Positions 35,823 to 46,353 of a stretch of 64,000 bases of DNA are shown in pieces (position 1 is the stretch's first letter; every line of letters starts with the position of its first letter). The position numbers were made by a program, and so were the translations under genes. This stretch comes from an uncultured Clostridia bacterium (GTDB lineage Bacteria; Bacillota; Clostridia; UBA1381), in NCBI GenBank assembly GCA_944393255.1, contig CALXZP010000014.1, positions 25,514 through 89,513 of the forward strand. The letters are read 5' to 3'. Under the pieces are notes generated by a model. It saw only the letters and a program-made list of their open reading frames with translations, was not told the origin of the DNA and did no database searches.

Positions 35823-37302
35823 AGGCGCGGCCGGTATTCTTAAGGAAAGAGTATTTGAAAGCTGCCGGAAAACGATCAGCAAGGCGGCGCATACAACGCG
35901 GTTCGCGATGCTTTCGACATATATAGGGTTTACGCTGATAACGCTTGTTCTTATGAGCGCGTATATAATAGGAGTGCTTTCCGAAAATCTTTATTCCGAG
36001 AAAAGCACCCAGCTTTTTGCAAAGGCCAATATAATAGCAATGACTGCTTCGAATATGTGGGAATCGGAGGACAGCAACGTCCAGTATCTGCGTCTTGAAG
36101 ATATCATGGAGCGTTCTCTGGCAGGTACGAGTATCCGCGGCGTGGTGACGAATACGTCCTATACTGTGCTTTATGACAATAACAGCGAGGCGGATATGAT
36201 AGGCAAGGTGTTTATGCGTGATGTGCTCAAGCGTGCGGTAGACGGCGAGCAGGCGGAATCCATGTTTGATTCCGACAGCGGCAAGACCGTAACGGTATCG
36301 GTGCCGGTAGAGAGCGGCGGAGTCGTGATAGGAGGGGTGTATCTGGCGGAAAACGTTTCATCGATAAGCGAAACGGTGCGGACGATACAAACGAGCCTGA
36401 TAATATTCAGCTCACTTATAATACTTATTATGATAATGCTGAGTATTTTCATAAGCTATATAATAACCCAGCCTATGGCCGAGTTTATTGAGATCGCGCA
36501 TGCTATCTCGAAGGGTGATTTCAGCAAGCGCGCGGCGGCCGGGGGTACGAGCGAGATGGCACAGATGGGCATGGCGCTGAATTATATGTGCGACGAGCTG
36601 AACGCGCTTGATGAAAAACGGCGAAATTTCGTTTCGGATGTGTCGCATGAGCTGAAAACGCCTATGGCGGGTATAAAGCTGCTGTGCGACAGTCTTGTCG
36701 AGGCGGAGGATCCGGGCATGGACACCGTCCGCGAATTTCTCGGCGATATGTCCGAGGAGATAGACAGGCTAACGCGCCTTATAAACAGACTGCTCACACT
36801 GTCGAGGCTCGACGCGGATACCGGACTGAATACGATGGATACAGATATAACGATGCTTGTCGGAGCGGTCGTACGCAGCCTCAGACAGATGGCGGCGGAG
36901 AAGAGTGTAAATATAGGACTGGATATAAGCACAGGCTCGGAACGCAATATAGTTATAGACTACGACAAAATATATGAGGCCGTATATAATATTGCCGATA
37001 ACGCGATAAAGTACACGCCGGATGGCGGAAGAGTACAGATCCGTATAGGAAGGGGCTCCGGTATGTGTATAATAGAGATCGAGGACAACGGACCCGGTAT
37101 ACCGGACAGCGAAAAACAGCGTGTATTCGACAGATTCTACAGACTGGACGACTCAAGAGCGAGAGATACCGGAGGCACGGGGCTTGGGCTTGCTATCGCA
37201 AAAGAGGCCGTTATGCTGCACAAGGGCAGCATAGATGTCCTTGACGCTCCCGAGGGCGGAAGTATATTCAGGATCATGCTCCCGTTTGAAAGAAAGGATT
37301 GA
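35794..37302 (+). CDS. Sensor histidine kinase (two TM helices, extracytoplasmic domain, HAMP, HisKA, HATPase)
   Basis: SHELKTP H-box, DNGPGIP and GGTGLGLAI motifs. The start is uncertain: GTG 35794 overlaps the response-regulator gene, and ATG 35908 is the alternative. Confidence 0.85.
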   Translation: MLDITTRRTKGAAGILKERVFESCRKTISKAAHTTRFAMLSTYIGFTLITLVLMSAYIIGVLSENLYSEKSTQLFAKANIIAMTASNMWESEDSNVQYLRLEDIMERSLAGTSIRGVVTNTSYTVLYDNNSEADMIGKVFMRDVLKRAVDGEQAESMFDSDSGKTVTVSVPVESGGVVIGGVYLAENVSSISETVRTIQTSLIIFSSLIILIMIMLSIFISYIITQPMAEFIEIAHAISKGDFSKRAAAGGTSEMAQMGMALNYMCDELNALDEKRRNFVSDVSHELKTPMAGIKLLCDSLVEAEDPGMDTVREFLGDMSEEIDRLTRLINRLLTLSRLDADTGLNTMDTDITMLVGAVVRSLRQMAAEKSVNIGLDISTGSERNIVIDYDKIYEAVYNIADNAIKYTPDGGRVQIRIGRGSGMCIIEIEDNGPGIPDSEKQRVFDRFYRLDDSRARDTGGTGLGLAIAKEAVMLHKGSIDVLDAPEGGSIFRIMLPFERKD

Positions 37303-37327
37303 GCGAAGCTTTTTACGGAGGACGGTT

Positions 37328-38266
37328 ATGAAAAACAGAAACAATATTATAATAGCGGCATTTGCGGTACTGGCTGCCGTTGCCGCTGTCATCGTTACGG
37401 TTCTTCTCAATTATGATTTCCCGGCGTATAAGGCAAAGCTTGATATGTATTATCTGAATGAAAAACACACGGGGATAATTGCAGAGAGACACACCGTACG
37501 CTATTCCGACCGGTACGATCTGGTCGGAGTTATAGTCAGTGAGCTGAGAGACGGGCCCGACAATTCGAGGCACGGACGGATAATGCCGTCCGATACCGAG
37601 ATACTGAGCATAAATTTTACGGATGATGAAAGCGTTGTGATCGATCTTTCGGGGCAGTTCCTTACCGACGATGCGTCCCGCAATGTTCTCAACACCTATG
37701 CAGTTACAAAATCCGTCTGCTCGGACGGGACTCTGAAAAGGGTGATGGTGACGGTAAACGGCGGGGAGATAACCGACCAGGACGGGAACCGCCTCGGATA
37801 TATAGCCGCAGCGGACATAAATCTTGAGGATGAGGAGTATTCAAGCGAGATGCGCGACGTGGTGCTGTATTTCAGCGATGCTTCCGGTTCCGGGCTGGTC
37901 AGGGAAGAGCGCACTATAACAATAACCGACCAGCAGCCTGTTGAGCAGTATATAATAAACGAGCTTATAAAGGGGCCTGCCGACAGCAGCATGCGGCAGG
38001 TTCTCTCGGAGGATACGGTGCTTATGTCTGTGGATGTTGAGGACAATATATGCTACCTGAATTTCAAATCAAACTTTTTGAGCAAAAATTCCGGAGGAGA
38101 GGCGCATGAGCGGCTCGTGATATATTCAATAGTGAATTCTCTGACAGAGCTCAATACCATAAACCGGGTGCAGTTCCTTATGGACGGCAAGCGCGCTGAC
38201 AGCTTCGGCAGCTTTGATATCTACAGATATATTCCGAGAGATACATCTATAATCATTGATCATTAA
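37328..38266 (+). CDS. Membrane-anchored protein with two GerMN-like domains
   Basis: N-terminal TM helix, then two blocks: ..VSELRDGP.. and ..IINELIKGPADSS..VNSLTEL..VQFLMDG. GGAGGA SD sequence before ATG 37328. Confidence 0.65.
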   Translation: MKNRNNIIIAAFAVLAAVAAVIVTVLLNYDFPAYKAKLDMYYLNEKHTGIIAERHTVRYSDRYDLVGVIVSELRDGPDNSRHGRIMPSDTEILSINFTDDESVVIDLSGQFLTDDASRNVLNTYAVTKSVCSDGTLKRVMVTVNGGEITDQDGNRLGYIAAADINLEDEEYSSEMRDVVLYFSDASGSGLVREERTITITDQQPVEQYIINELIKGPADSSMRQVLSEDTVLMSVDVEDNICYLNFKSNFLSKNSGGEAHERLVIYSIVNSLTELNTINRVQFLMDGKRADSFGSFDIYRYIPRDTSIIIDH

Positions 38267-38327
38267 GCAAGTATGAGAAAAGGTCTTATGGACATAACAA
38301 GGATAAAAGTGAAAGGAAACAAATGAT

Positions 38328-38810
38328 ATGCAAAACAAAGTAAATATTACTATAAATTCGCGCATATACACCGTAGTTGCGAACGAAGATCCGGAGTATC
38401 TTAAAAGTCTCGGGGATTATATAAACGGCAAGGTGAATATAGTGCTGAGCGAGGGCACGCATGTGATGGGTGAAAAACCTCTTGTGCTTGCGGCTCTCAA
38501 TATATGCGACGAGTATTTTAAGCTGCTGAATAAAAACGAGCCGGAGGAGAGGATATCAAAGCTGCTTACCGAAAATGAACGGCTGGAGGCTGAGATAAGG
38601 GCGATGCAGAAAGCCGAGAAAGAGAGCGGAAGCAAGACCTCAGAGCTTGCGGACGAGCTTGATATAACGCGCAAGGTGCTCGACGAAACAGAGGAAAAGA
38701 TAAAGTTCCTTGAGGGACAGATAAAGCTGAAGGACAGCCAGCTAAAAAAGCAGAAGAGTGAATTTGCTATAAGGGAAAAGGAACTGCTGGATATGCTTGA
38801 GAATAAATGA
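38328..38810 (+). CDS. zapA: Cell division protein ZapA with a C-terminal coiled-coil extension
   Basis: VNITINSRIYTVVANEDPEYLKSLGDYINGKV.. N-domain, then a heptad-rich tail. Confidence 0.75.
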   Translation: MQNKVNITINSRIYTVVANEDPEYLKSLGDYINGKVNIVLSEGTHVMGEKPLVLAALNICDEYFKLLNKNEPEERISKLLTENERLEAEIRAMQKAEKESGSKTSELADELDITRKVLDETEEKIKFLEGQIKLKDSQLKKQKSEFAIREKELLDMLENK

Positions 38811-38853
38811 AGCGGACTTTCCGGAGAAATAGAGAGAAAGGGAGTTTTGGCAT

Positions 38854-40932
38854 ATGAACGGTATCGGGATGGAGCTGCTCGCTCCCGCCGGCGGCATGGC
38901 CGCGCTCAAGGCGGCGGTACAGTCCGGGGCAGATGCTGTATATCTCGGAGCCGGCAACTTTTCGGCGCGCGCCGGAGCGGAGAATTTCTCGTTCGCAGAG
39001 CTTGTCTCAGCTGTGAGGTACTGCCATATTTACGGAGTAAAGGTACACTGCGCGTTAAATACGTTAATAAAGGAATCGGAGCTTGAAGCTGCGGCCGAAA
39101 CAGCCAAGGAGGTATGCCGTGCGGGCGCTGACGCTATAATAATCCAGGATGTTGGGCTTGCTATGCATTTGAAGAAGCTGATCCCGGATACAGAGCTGCA
39201 TGCGAGCACTCAGATGACGGTCACGTCGCTTGAGGGTGCGCTTGCACTCGAGGAGGCCGGGTTTTCACGTGTAGTCCTGGCAAGAGAGCTGTCGCTGGAA
39301 GAGATCGCCGAGATAGCCGGAGGAGTCGGAATCGAGACGGAAGTGTTCGTTCACGGAGCCATATGCATGTGCTATTCGGGACAGTGTCTTATGTCGAGTA
39401 TATTGGGAGGCAGGAGCGGAAACAGAGGGCGCTGCGCTCAGCCGTGCAGGCTCAAATACTCGCTGCTTGAGAACGGCAGAGAATGCGGGAGCGCATATGT
39501 TCTCAGTCCTAAGGATATGGCGCTCATAAACCATTTGGACGAGCTTCGCGCGGCCGGGGTGTCCTCGCTGAAAATAGAGGGCAGACTGAAAAGCCCGGAA
39601 TATGTCAGCGCTGTAACGGGAATATACAGAAAATATCTTGATAATGCGGGCGGAAAAGTCTCCTATGAGGATATGGAGGAGCTGAAAAAGGCTTTTTCCC
39701 GTTCGGGTTTCACCGACGGGTATCTGACGGGCAGGCTCGGACGCGGGATGATGTCGCATGATAATCCTGCAAACAATTCCGGCAGTTCGTACAGCAGCGC
39801 GGCAAAGGAGCGTGCGTCCGGGAAGATCGTGCGCAAGATACCCGTAAATATATATGCATCGCTTTATGCGGGTGAAAAATTGTCTGTTACCATGTATGAC
39901 AGCGAGGGCAAATGTGCGGTGTGCAGCGGCAGCGAGACGGCGGAGCCTGCGAGGGAGAGACCGCTGGATAAAGAGAGACTGATAAAGCAGCTTGCAAAGC
40001 TTGGACAGACGCCGTTTGCAGCGTCGGAAACGGCTGCGGAGGCAGACGATGGAGTAACCGTTCCGGTGAGGGATATAAATGACACTCGCCGCAGGGTATG
40101 CTCAGAGCTTGAAGCTATGAGAGCATACAGGGAGAAAGGGCGTGTGACCGATGCGGGATTTGAGTTTCAGCCCGCTAACGAGCCGGAGGGGGTATACCTC
40201 ACGGCTGAGGTGCTCAGCGAGGAACAGGCGCGGGCGGTGCTGGATACCGGAGCAGTGAAAAGACTGTATGCGCCGGCGGCGGTCTGTGAAGCGGTCGGAG
40301 CGTACGCAAGCGGCGCTGAGCTTGTAACGAAAACAGCGGAGATATTCCATCCGGAGAGGATAGCGACAGAGCATGTTTCCGTATCGTCTCCTGCGGCTCT
40401 TAGATATTACGGAGCGCGCGCAGTATACGGCGACCTGAGATTGAATGTGTATAATTCGCAGACTGCGGCGGCATTTCGGAGGCTTAGGAGCATAACTCTT
40501 TCGCCGGAGCTGAATTTGCGCGAGATCAGAGAGCTGGCGGAGCATTTTTCCGGTGCGGAGCTTGAGGTCATAGGATACGGTTACCTGCCGCTCATGATAA
40601 TGCGGAATTGTCCGGTCAAGGCAATGGGACGCTGTGCGGGGCAAAGGCAGATATATTCGCTGCGTGACCGTGAGAATATGGAATTTAAAATACTCTGCGG
40701 CGACGGATGCCGGGCGGTTTTGCTGAACTCAAAGCCGGTTTTTACAGCGGATATTATTGAAGATGTAAAAAAGTCGAAAATAAATTGCATCAGATTAAAT
40801 TTTACTGTTGAAAATTCTGAGCAATGTGGTAAAATAATAAGTGCATACCGTAAGGCGCTTTCGGGAATACGGGTACCGCCGATGAAAGAGAATACCTTTA
40901 CGCGCGGTCATCTGCGCCGGGGCGTACTTTAA
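38854..40932 (+). CDS. Peptidase U32 family protein (long form)
   Basis: ELLAPAG, VHCALNT and EVFVHGAICMCYSGQCLMS..GRSGNRGRCAQPCR motifs. Confidence 0.85.
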   Translation: MNGIGMELLAPAGGMAALKAAVQSGADAVYLGAGNFSARAGAENFSFAELVSAVRYCHIYGVKVHCALNTLIKESELEAAAETAKEVCRAGADAIIIQDVGLAMHLKKLIPDTELHASTQMTVTSLEGALALEEAGFSRVVLARELSLEEIAEIAGGVGIETEVFVHGAICMCYSGQCLMSSILGGRSGNRGRCAQPCRLKYSLLENGRECGSAYVLSPKDMALINHLDELRAAGVSSLKIEGRLKSPEYVSAVTGIYRKYLDNAGGKVSYEDMEELKKAFSRSGFTDGYLTGRLGRGMMSHDNPANNSGSSYSSAAKERASGKIVRKIPVNIYASLYAGEKLSVTMYDSEGKCAVCSGSETAEPARERPLDKERLIKQLAKLGQTPFAASETAAEADDGVTVPVRDINDTRRRVCSELEAMRAYREKGRVTDAGFEFQPANEPEGVYLTAEVLSEEQARAVLDTGAVKRLYAPAAVCEAVGAYASGAELVTKTAEIFHPERIATEHVSVSSPAALRYYGARAVYGDLRLNVYNSQTAAAFRRLRSITLSPELNLREIRELAEHFSGAELEVIGYGYLPLMIMRNCPVKAMGRCAGQRQIYSLRDRENMEFKILCGDGCRAVLLNSKPVFTADIIEDVKKSKINCIRLNFTVENSEQCGKIISAYRKALSGIRVPPMKENTFTRGHLRRGVL

Positions 40933-41047
40933 TGGTGTATGGCGCGGGAGTACGGGCTGTTTTTTGAACGGCAGCGGCTCCTGATCCGTAAACGGAATTT
41001 TGCGCATTGCTTACAGCGCCGTTTTATACGGCAGAATGGAGATATGG

Positions 41048-41638
41048 ATGAGCGAGATAATATTGGCGTCCGCTTCGCCGCGGCGCAGAGAGCTTTTGAA
41101 TAACATGGGGCTCAGCTTCAGCGTTGTTGTGTCCGATGCGGATGAATCCGAAGTGTCACAGGACGCGCCGCCGCATATATATGTGCAGGAGCTGGCGCTG
41201 ATAAAGGCGGCAGCGGCTGCAAAAAAGGTGCTGTCAAATAAGGAGGCGCTGATCATATCTGCGGATACTATAGTTGTAAACGCAGGAAAGATACTCGGGA
41301 AGCCCGCCGGCAAAGAGGATGCATACAGGATGTTAAAGAGCCTGTCGGGCAAAACTCATCAGGTGTATACGGGATACTGTGTTATGAGCATAGCGAATGC
41401 ATATACGGTATGCGGAAGGGAGTGTACCGGCGTCAGGTTCAGAGAGCTGTCGGATGATAAGATATACAGATATATAGAGACCGGCGAACCCATGGATAAA
41501 GCAGGAGCATACGGAATACAGGGACTTGGGGCTATGCTTGTAGAGGGGATAAACGGCGATTATTTCAATGTTGTCGGACTGCCTGTAAGCGCTCTGGCGA
41601 GGACGCTTGAGAACGATTTCGGATTTCGGCTGATATAA
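41048..41638 (+). CDS. maf: Maf-like nucleoside triphosphate pyrophosphatase
   Basis: ILASASPRRRELL, ISADTIV and DKAGAYGIQG motifs. Confidence 0.9.
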   Translation: MSEIILASASPRRRELLNNMGLSFSVVVSDADESEVSQDAPPHIYVQELALIKAAAAAKKVLSNKEALIISADTIVVNAGKILGKPAGKEDAYRMLKSLSGKTHQVYTGYCVMSIANAYTVCGRECTGVRFRELSDDKIYRYIETGEPMDKAGAYGIQGLGAMLVEGINGDYFNVVGLPVSALARTLENDFGFRLI

Positions 41639-41721
41639 AAATGCGGCGAAAGCACCGCTGAAGAAATAATATAAAGAATATAAAACATATAAACGGGTAT
41701 AGGTGATACGGAGGATAGAAA

Positions 41722-42732
41722 ATGGGATTTTTCACTAAGGATGTTGCTATAGATCTTGGTACGGCAAACACTATCATTTATGTTAAGGGAAAAGGGATAG
41801 TAGTCCGCGAGCCGTCGGTGGTTGCTATAGACCGCTACACGGGCAAGGTGGTAGCCGCCGGGAGTGCGGCCGATGAAATGATAGGCAGAACGCCGGAAAA
41901 CATCATTGCCGTTCGTCCTATGAAGGACGGCGTTATAGCTGATTTTGATATAACTCAGGCAATGATCAGACAGTTTATACGCCTTGCAAACGTTGTGAGC
42001 GTTCTTAAGCCGAGGGTGCTCGTATCGATCCCGTCGGGTATAACCGAAGTGGAGCGCAGAGCCGTCGAGGAGGCGGTCATACAGGCCGGAGCGAAGGAAG
42101 CCGCGCTTATAGAGGAGCCTATGGCGGCGGCGATCGGAGCGGGACTTCCTGTGAACAAGGCGGCAGGTTCAATGGTGGTGGATATAGGCGGCGGTACTAC
42201 GGAGGTCGCGGTCATATCGCTGGGAGGTATAGTTTCATCGAGATCCATAAGGATAGCGGGCGATGCTCTTGACAGCTCCATAGTGAACTATCTTAAAAAG
42301 AATATAGGTATAAATATAGGCGACAAGATGGCGGAGGAGATAAAGATCGCCATAGGCTCGGCATATGAGGATAACGAGGAGGAGGTATATGATGTTCGCG
42401 GCAGGGATGTGTCCACAGGTCTGCCGCGAACGGTGCAGATACGTGAATCCCAGATAAGAGAAGCCATGTCGGAAAATATAGCGGAGATGATCGAGGCGGT
42501 CAAGATGACGCTCGAGCACACGCCGCCGGAGCTGGCGGCGGACGTTATGGAGCGCGGTATAACCCTGACGGGCGGGGGCGCGCTGATAAAGGGATTGGAC
42601 AAGCTGATATCGGAGACGGTCAAGATCCCGGCGCTTGTTGCGGAATATCCGCTCGACTGTGTCGCGATAGGTACCGGAAAAGCGCTTGAGGATATGAAGA
42701 GCCTGCTTGCAAAGAGTAAAAAGAATTATTAA
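41722..42732 (+). CDS. mreB: Rod shape-determining protein MreB
   Basis: DLGTANT.., VVDIGGGTTEVAV and LTGGGALIKGLD motifs. Confidence 0.95.
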   Translation: MGFFTKDVAIDLGTANTIIYVKGKGIVVREPSVVAIDRYTGKVVAAGSAADEMIGRTPENIIAVRPMKDGVIADFDITQAMIRQFIRLANVVSVLKPRVLVSIPSGITEVERRAVEEAVIQAGAKEAALIEEPMAAAIGAGLPVNKAAGSMVVDIGGGTTEVAVISLGGIVSSRSIRIAGDALDSSIVNYLKKNIGINIGDKMAEEIKIAIGSAYEDNEEEVYDVRGRDVSTGLPRTVQIRESQIREAMSENIAEMIEAVKMTLEHTPPELAADVMERGITLTGGGALIKGLDKLISETVKIPALVAEYPLDCVAIGTGKALEDMKSLLAKSKKNY

Positions 42733-42747
42733 AGAGGAATTTAGAAA

Positions 42748-43575
42748 ATGTCTGTATTTTCAAAGAAGTGGAGAGCTGCGCTTGCCGCCGCCGCAGTCAT
42801 TGCCGCGGCAGGTTTTGTGACGGAGCATTTCGCAGGAGTCGATCCGGTGGGAACTGTCGTAAGGACTGTTATGTCGCCTGTAAAAACAGGTTTTTCGTAT
42901 ATAGCCGGCGCGGTGAACAATGCGTGCGGTTTTGTCTGGGATATGCGTGCGTATAAGGCGGACAATGAAGAGCTGGAGGCGGAAAATATCCGCCTGAAGC
43001 AGCAGAACCGTGATACTGCAACATATCGTGAGGAAAACGAACGGCTGCAGGAGCTGCTTGACCTGAAGAATTCGATAACCGATTATTCTACGGTCGCGGC
43101 GCGTGTGATATCGTATTCGGCGAACAATTGGTATGAGACCATAGAGATAAATAAAGGCTCGATGAACGGTCTGAGCGTTGGCAATGCAGTTATAACCCCG
43201 GAAGGAGTTGTGGGCAAGGTGACCGAAACAGGCCCGAATTATGCGATCGTTACAACGATCCTGGACAGTTCCTCGGCGGTTGGTATACGGGTGTCGAGAA
43301 CGGGCGGGAGCGGTCTTGTTGAGGGCGACAGTGAGCTTGCAGCCGATAATCGGTGCAAGCTGTCGTTCCTGGATAGGAGCACGCCAATCATTGTAGGAGA
43401 CGTTGTGGAGACCTCCGGTTCGGGGAGGATATATCCTCCGGGTTTTATTATCGGGAGCATAACGAGCGTTTCGGCTGACAGCACCGGCAATCTTAAATAC
43501 GCGGTCATTGACCCGGCGGTGGATTTCAGCGACCTTTATGAGGTGCTTGTTATAAACGGGATAGCTGGTCAATAG
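42748..43575 (+). CDS. mreC: Rod shape-determining protein MreC
   Basis: TM helix, coiled coil (ENIRLKQQN..ERLQELL), then beta domains (VITPEGVVGKV, YPPGFIIG). Confidence 0.9.
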   Translation: MSVFSKKWRAALAAAAVIAAAGFVTEHFAGVDPVGTVVRTVMSPVKTGFSYIAGAVNNACGFVWDMRAYKADNEELEAENIRLKQQNRDTATYREENERLQELLDLKNSITDYSTVAARVISYSANNWYETIEINKGSMNGLSVGNAVITPEGVVGKVTETGPNYAIVTTILDSSSAVGIRVSRTGGSGLVEGDSELAADNRCKLSFLDRSTPIIVGDVVETSGSGRIYPPGFIIGSITSVSADSTGNLKYAVIDPAVDFSDLYEVLVINGIAGQ

Positions 43576-43588
43576 GAGAAATGAGCAT

Positions 43589-44089
43589 ATGAGGACACTA
43601 AAGATCGTATTGTGGATAGCGGTGATGTTTCTTCTCGAAACTGTTTTTGCAGATGTGATAGGGATCATGGGCGTTGTGCCTGACATGCTGCCGGCGTTTG
43701 CCGTTTCCTTTGCGTTTTGCGAACGAAGAACGGCGCCTGCCGTTTATATAATGCTGATCTGCGGAGCTCTGACAGGCTCAATGCTCGGCAGGAGTTTTCC
43801 TGCATGCGTGCTGGCGGTTGCATGTGCCGGACTTGCGGCTCATAGTCTTAGAAGCGCGGTGAAGTTCGTGCCTGTTTGGCTGAAAAACGCCGTTATAGTG
43901 CTTTTCATGTCGTTCCTGCTTGCATCTGCAGAATATATTTTTGCCCGCGCTACCATAACGCCGCACGGACTATTTTACAGTATAATCCCGTATACGGTAT
44001 GCACAACGGCACTGTCATGCGCAGTCTATCCGCTTGTGAAGCGTGTGTTTTTTAAGGAAACGGAAGTAAGCAGACTTCTTAGGATATGA
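43589..44089 (+). CDS. mreD: Rod shape-determining protein MreD
   Basis: 166-aa polytopic membrane protein directly after mreC. Confidence 0.8.
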   Translation: MRTLKIVLWIAVMFLLETVFADVIGIMGVVPDMLPAFAVSFAFCERRTAPAVYIMLICGALTGSMLGRSFPACVLAVACAGLAAHSLRSAVKFVPVWLKNAVIVLFMSFLLASAEYIFARATITPHGLFYSIIPYTVCTTALSCAVYPLVKRVFFKETEVSRLLRI

Positions 44090-44166
44090 AAATAAGATAT
44101 CGTGAAACGTTGTGTTTTGCGATCGTCTGTAGATAAAGAAATGACGGAGAAAGGAGCCGGCAGGAT

Positions 44167-46257
44167 ATGCCCGACAGTAAATACAGATTTCTTGTTATAA
44201 AGATAATGGCGTTTTTAATGCTTGCGGCCATAGTCGCAAGACTGTTCAGCATGCAGATAATAGACGGCGAGCAGTATCTTGCCACCTCTAACGCCAGACT
44301 TACGACCAGTGTTGTGAATAAAGCTGAAAGAGGAGATATACTTGACCGTTACGGCAATGTTCTCGTAACAAATAAAACAGGCTACTCAGTGCTGCTTCAA
44401 AGGACCGGTGCTGATGACGAGGCTCTGAACTCGGTAATAAGCAAGGCTGTGGAAATAATTTATACGACAGGAAGCAGCTGCACCGACAGCCTGCCGATCT
44501 CGGAAAGCGCGCCGTATACTTTTATGTTCAGCGGCGGAGATGAGGAGAAAGCGAAGTGGTTTGAACAGAATAAGTATTTAAACAAATATATAAGCGCCGA
44601 CATGGATGCTGCGGACGTGCTGTATACATATCAGCAGATATATAAGGTGCAGGGCGATCTTAACAGCGAGCACACAAGGCGTATAATAGGTATACGCTAC
44701 GAGGCGGATGTAAAGGAATATTCTGCTATGAATCCGATAACCATAGCAGAGGATGTGAGTGTGGAAGCGGTAACTCAGATCAAGGAGCTTCAGGATAGTC
44801 TTGACGGTGTTTCTATACAGGAGGATTATGTAAGAATGTATACCAAGCCCGGTTTTGCAACGCATATCCTGGGCAGGATAGGACAGATATCCAAAGATGA
44901 ATACGACTCTAAAAAAAGCGAGGGCTATGGTATAAACGATACTATAGGCAAGCAGGGTATAGAGCTGTGGGCGGAAAGCTATCTGCGCGGCGAGGACGGT
45001 ACTACGGGGACGACAGCTGCGGTAGACGGAAGAGATGTGGAGCTTACCGAAACGATCGATCCGGTGCCAGGTGATTATTTGATGCTTACAATAGACAGCG
45101 ATCTGCAGTCAACGCTCGAGTCATCGCTTGAAAGCACGATTCGCTCAATTGGAAACGACTGTGACGCGGGCGGCGCGGCGGTGCTGGATGTAAATACAGG
45201 AGACTGTCTTGCGATTGCTTCATATCCGACATATGATATGTCCAGATTTGACGAGGACTATTCGGAGCTTGCTTCGGACGACAGAAATCCGATGGTGAAC
45301 AGGGCCGTATCGGGTCTTTACAGCCCGGGCTCGACCTTTAAGCCGCTGGTAGCCATAGCCGGGATACAGTCGGGAGTTCTTTCAATAAATGAACAGATAG
45401 AATGCACGGGAGTATACCGCGCGTTCGGAGATGGACAGTATCAGCCTACGTGCTGGATATGGTCGGAAAACCATCTGACGCACGGAAGCCAGAACGTTAC
45501 CCAGGCTATTGAGAATTCATGCAATATATTCTTTTATGAGCTCGGAAACAGGATGGGAATAAATACGCTCGATGAATATGCGAAAAAGTTCGGTCTGGGC
45601 GAGAATACGGGAATAGAGCTTTACGAGGAAGCCGCAGGACAGATGGCGAGCCCCGAATATAAAAAAGAGGTCGTATCAAACGTTATCGACAGCGAATGGT
45701 TCGACGGAGATACTGTACAGGCGGCGATCGGTCAGTCTTACAGCCTGTTCACGCCCGTTCAGCTCGCTAATTACTGTGCGACTATAGCGAACGGCGGTAC
45801 AAGATATAAGGTAAATTTGATAAAAAGCATACGTTCATCGGTAGACGGTTCGCTCGTGGAGGAATTTGCGCCTAAGATCGAAGAAGAGATAGACATAGAC
45901 GGCGAAACCATGCAGAAGATACACGACGGAATGAAAAAGGTCGTTGATGAAGGAAGCGCAAGCTCAATATTCGACGGCTATCCGATACAGGTCGGAGGCA
46001 AAACGGGAACGGCTCAGCTTGGCTCCGGATCGAACAATTCTATATTTATAGCGTTTGCGCCTTTTGACGATCCGCAGATAGCTATTGCGGTAGTTCTTGA
46101 GCACGGTGTCCGCGGAACAAACGCGGGGCAGGTAGCCAGGGATGTGTTCGATCAGTATTTCTTTGGCGGCGGACAGACGTCGGCAGCGACAGCATCGCCG
46201 GCGGGACCGCAGGATACGGCTGCTGAAACGGGCAGGGCGGCTGAACTTTTGAGATAA
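44167..46257 (+). CDS. mrdA: Penicillin-binding protein 2 (elongation transpeptidase)
   Basis: N-terminal anchor, STFKP (SxxK), SCN (SxN) and KTGTA (KTG) motifs. Sits in the mre cluster. Confidence 0.85.
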   Translation: MPDSKYRFLVIKIMAFLMLAAIVARLFSMQIIDGEQYLATSNARLTTSVVNKAERGDILDRYGNVLVTNKTGYSVLLQRTGADDEALNSVISKAVEIIYTTGSSCTDSLPISESAPYTFMFSGGDEEKAKWFEQNKYLNKYISADMDAADVLYTYQQIYKVQGDLNSEHTRRIIGIRYEADVKEYSAMNPITIAEDVSVEAVTQIKELQDSLDGVSIQEDYVRMYTKPGFATHILGRIGQISKDEYDSKKSEGYGINDTIGKQGIELWAESYLRGEDGTTGTTAAVDGRDVELTETIDPVPGDYLMLTIDSDLQSTLESSLESTIRSIGNDCDAGGAAVLDVNTGDCLAIASYPTYDMSRFDEDYSELASDDRNPMVNRAVSGLYSPGSTFKPLVAIAGIQSGVLSINEQIECTGVYRAFGDGQYQPTCWIWSENHLTHGSQNVTQAIENSCNIFFYELGNRMGINTLDEYAKKFGLGENTGIELYEEAAGQMASPEYKKEVVSNVIDSEWFDGDTVQAAIGQSYSLFTPVQLANYCATIANGGTRYKVNLIKSIRSSVDGSLVEEFAPKIEEEIDIDGETMQKIHDGMKKVVDEGSASSIFDGYPIQVGGKTGTAQLGSGSNNSIFIAFAPFDDPQIAIAVVLEHGVRGTNAGQVARDVFDQYFFGGGQTSAATASPAGPQDTAAETGRAAELLR

Positions 46258-46353
46258 ACAAAAGTTTCGTAAATCAAAAGTGAAAGAACGGTCTGCAAAG
46301 CGCTATGCCGGTTTTGCAATACCATATAAAACGAATGAAAGGACGGGGACGCT

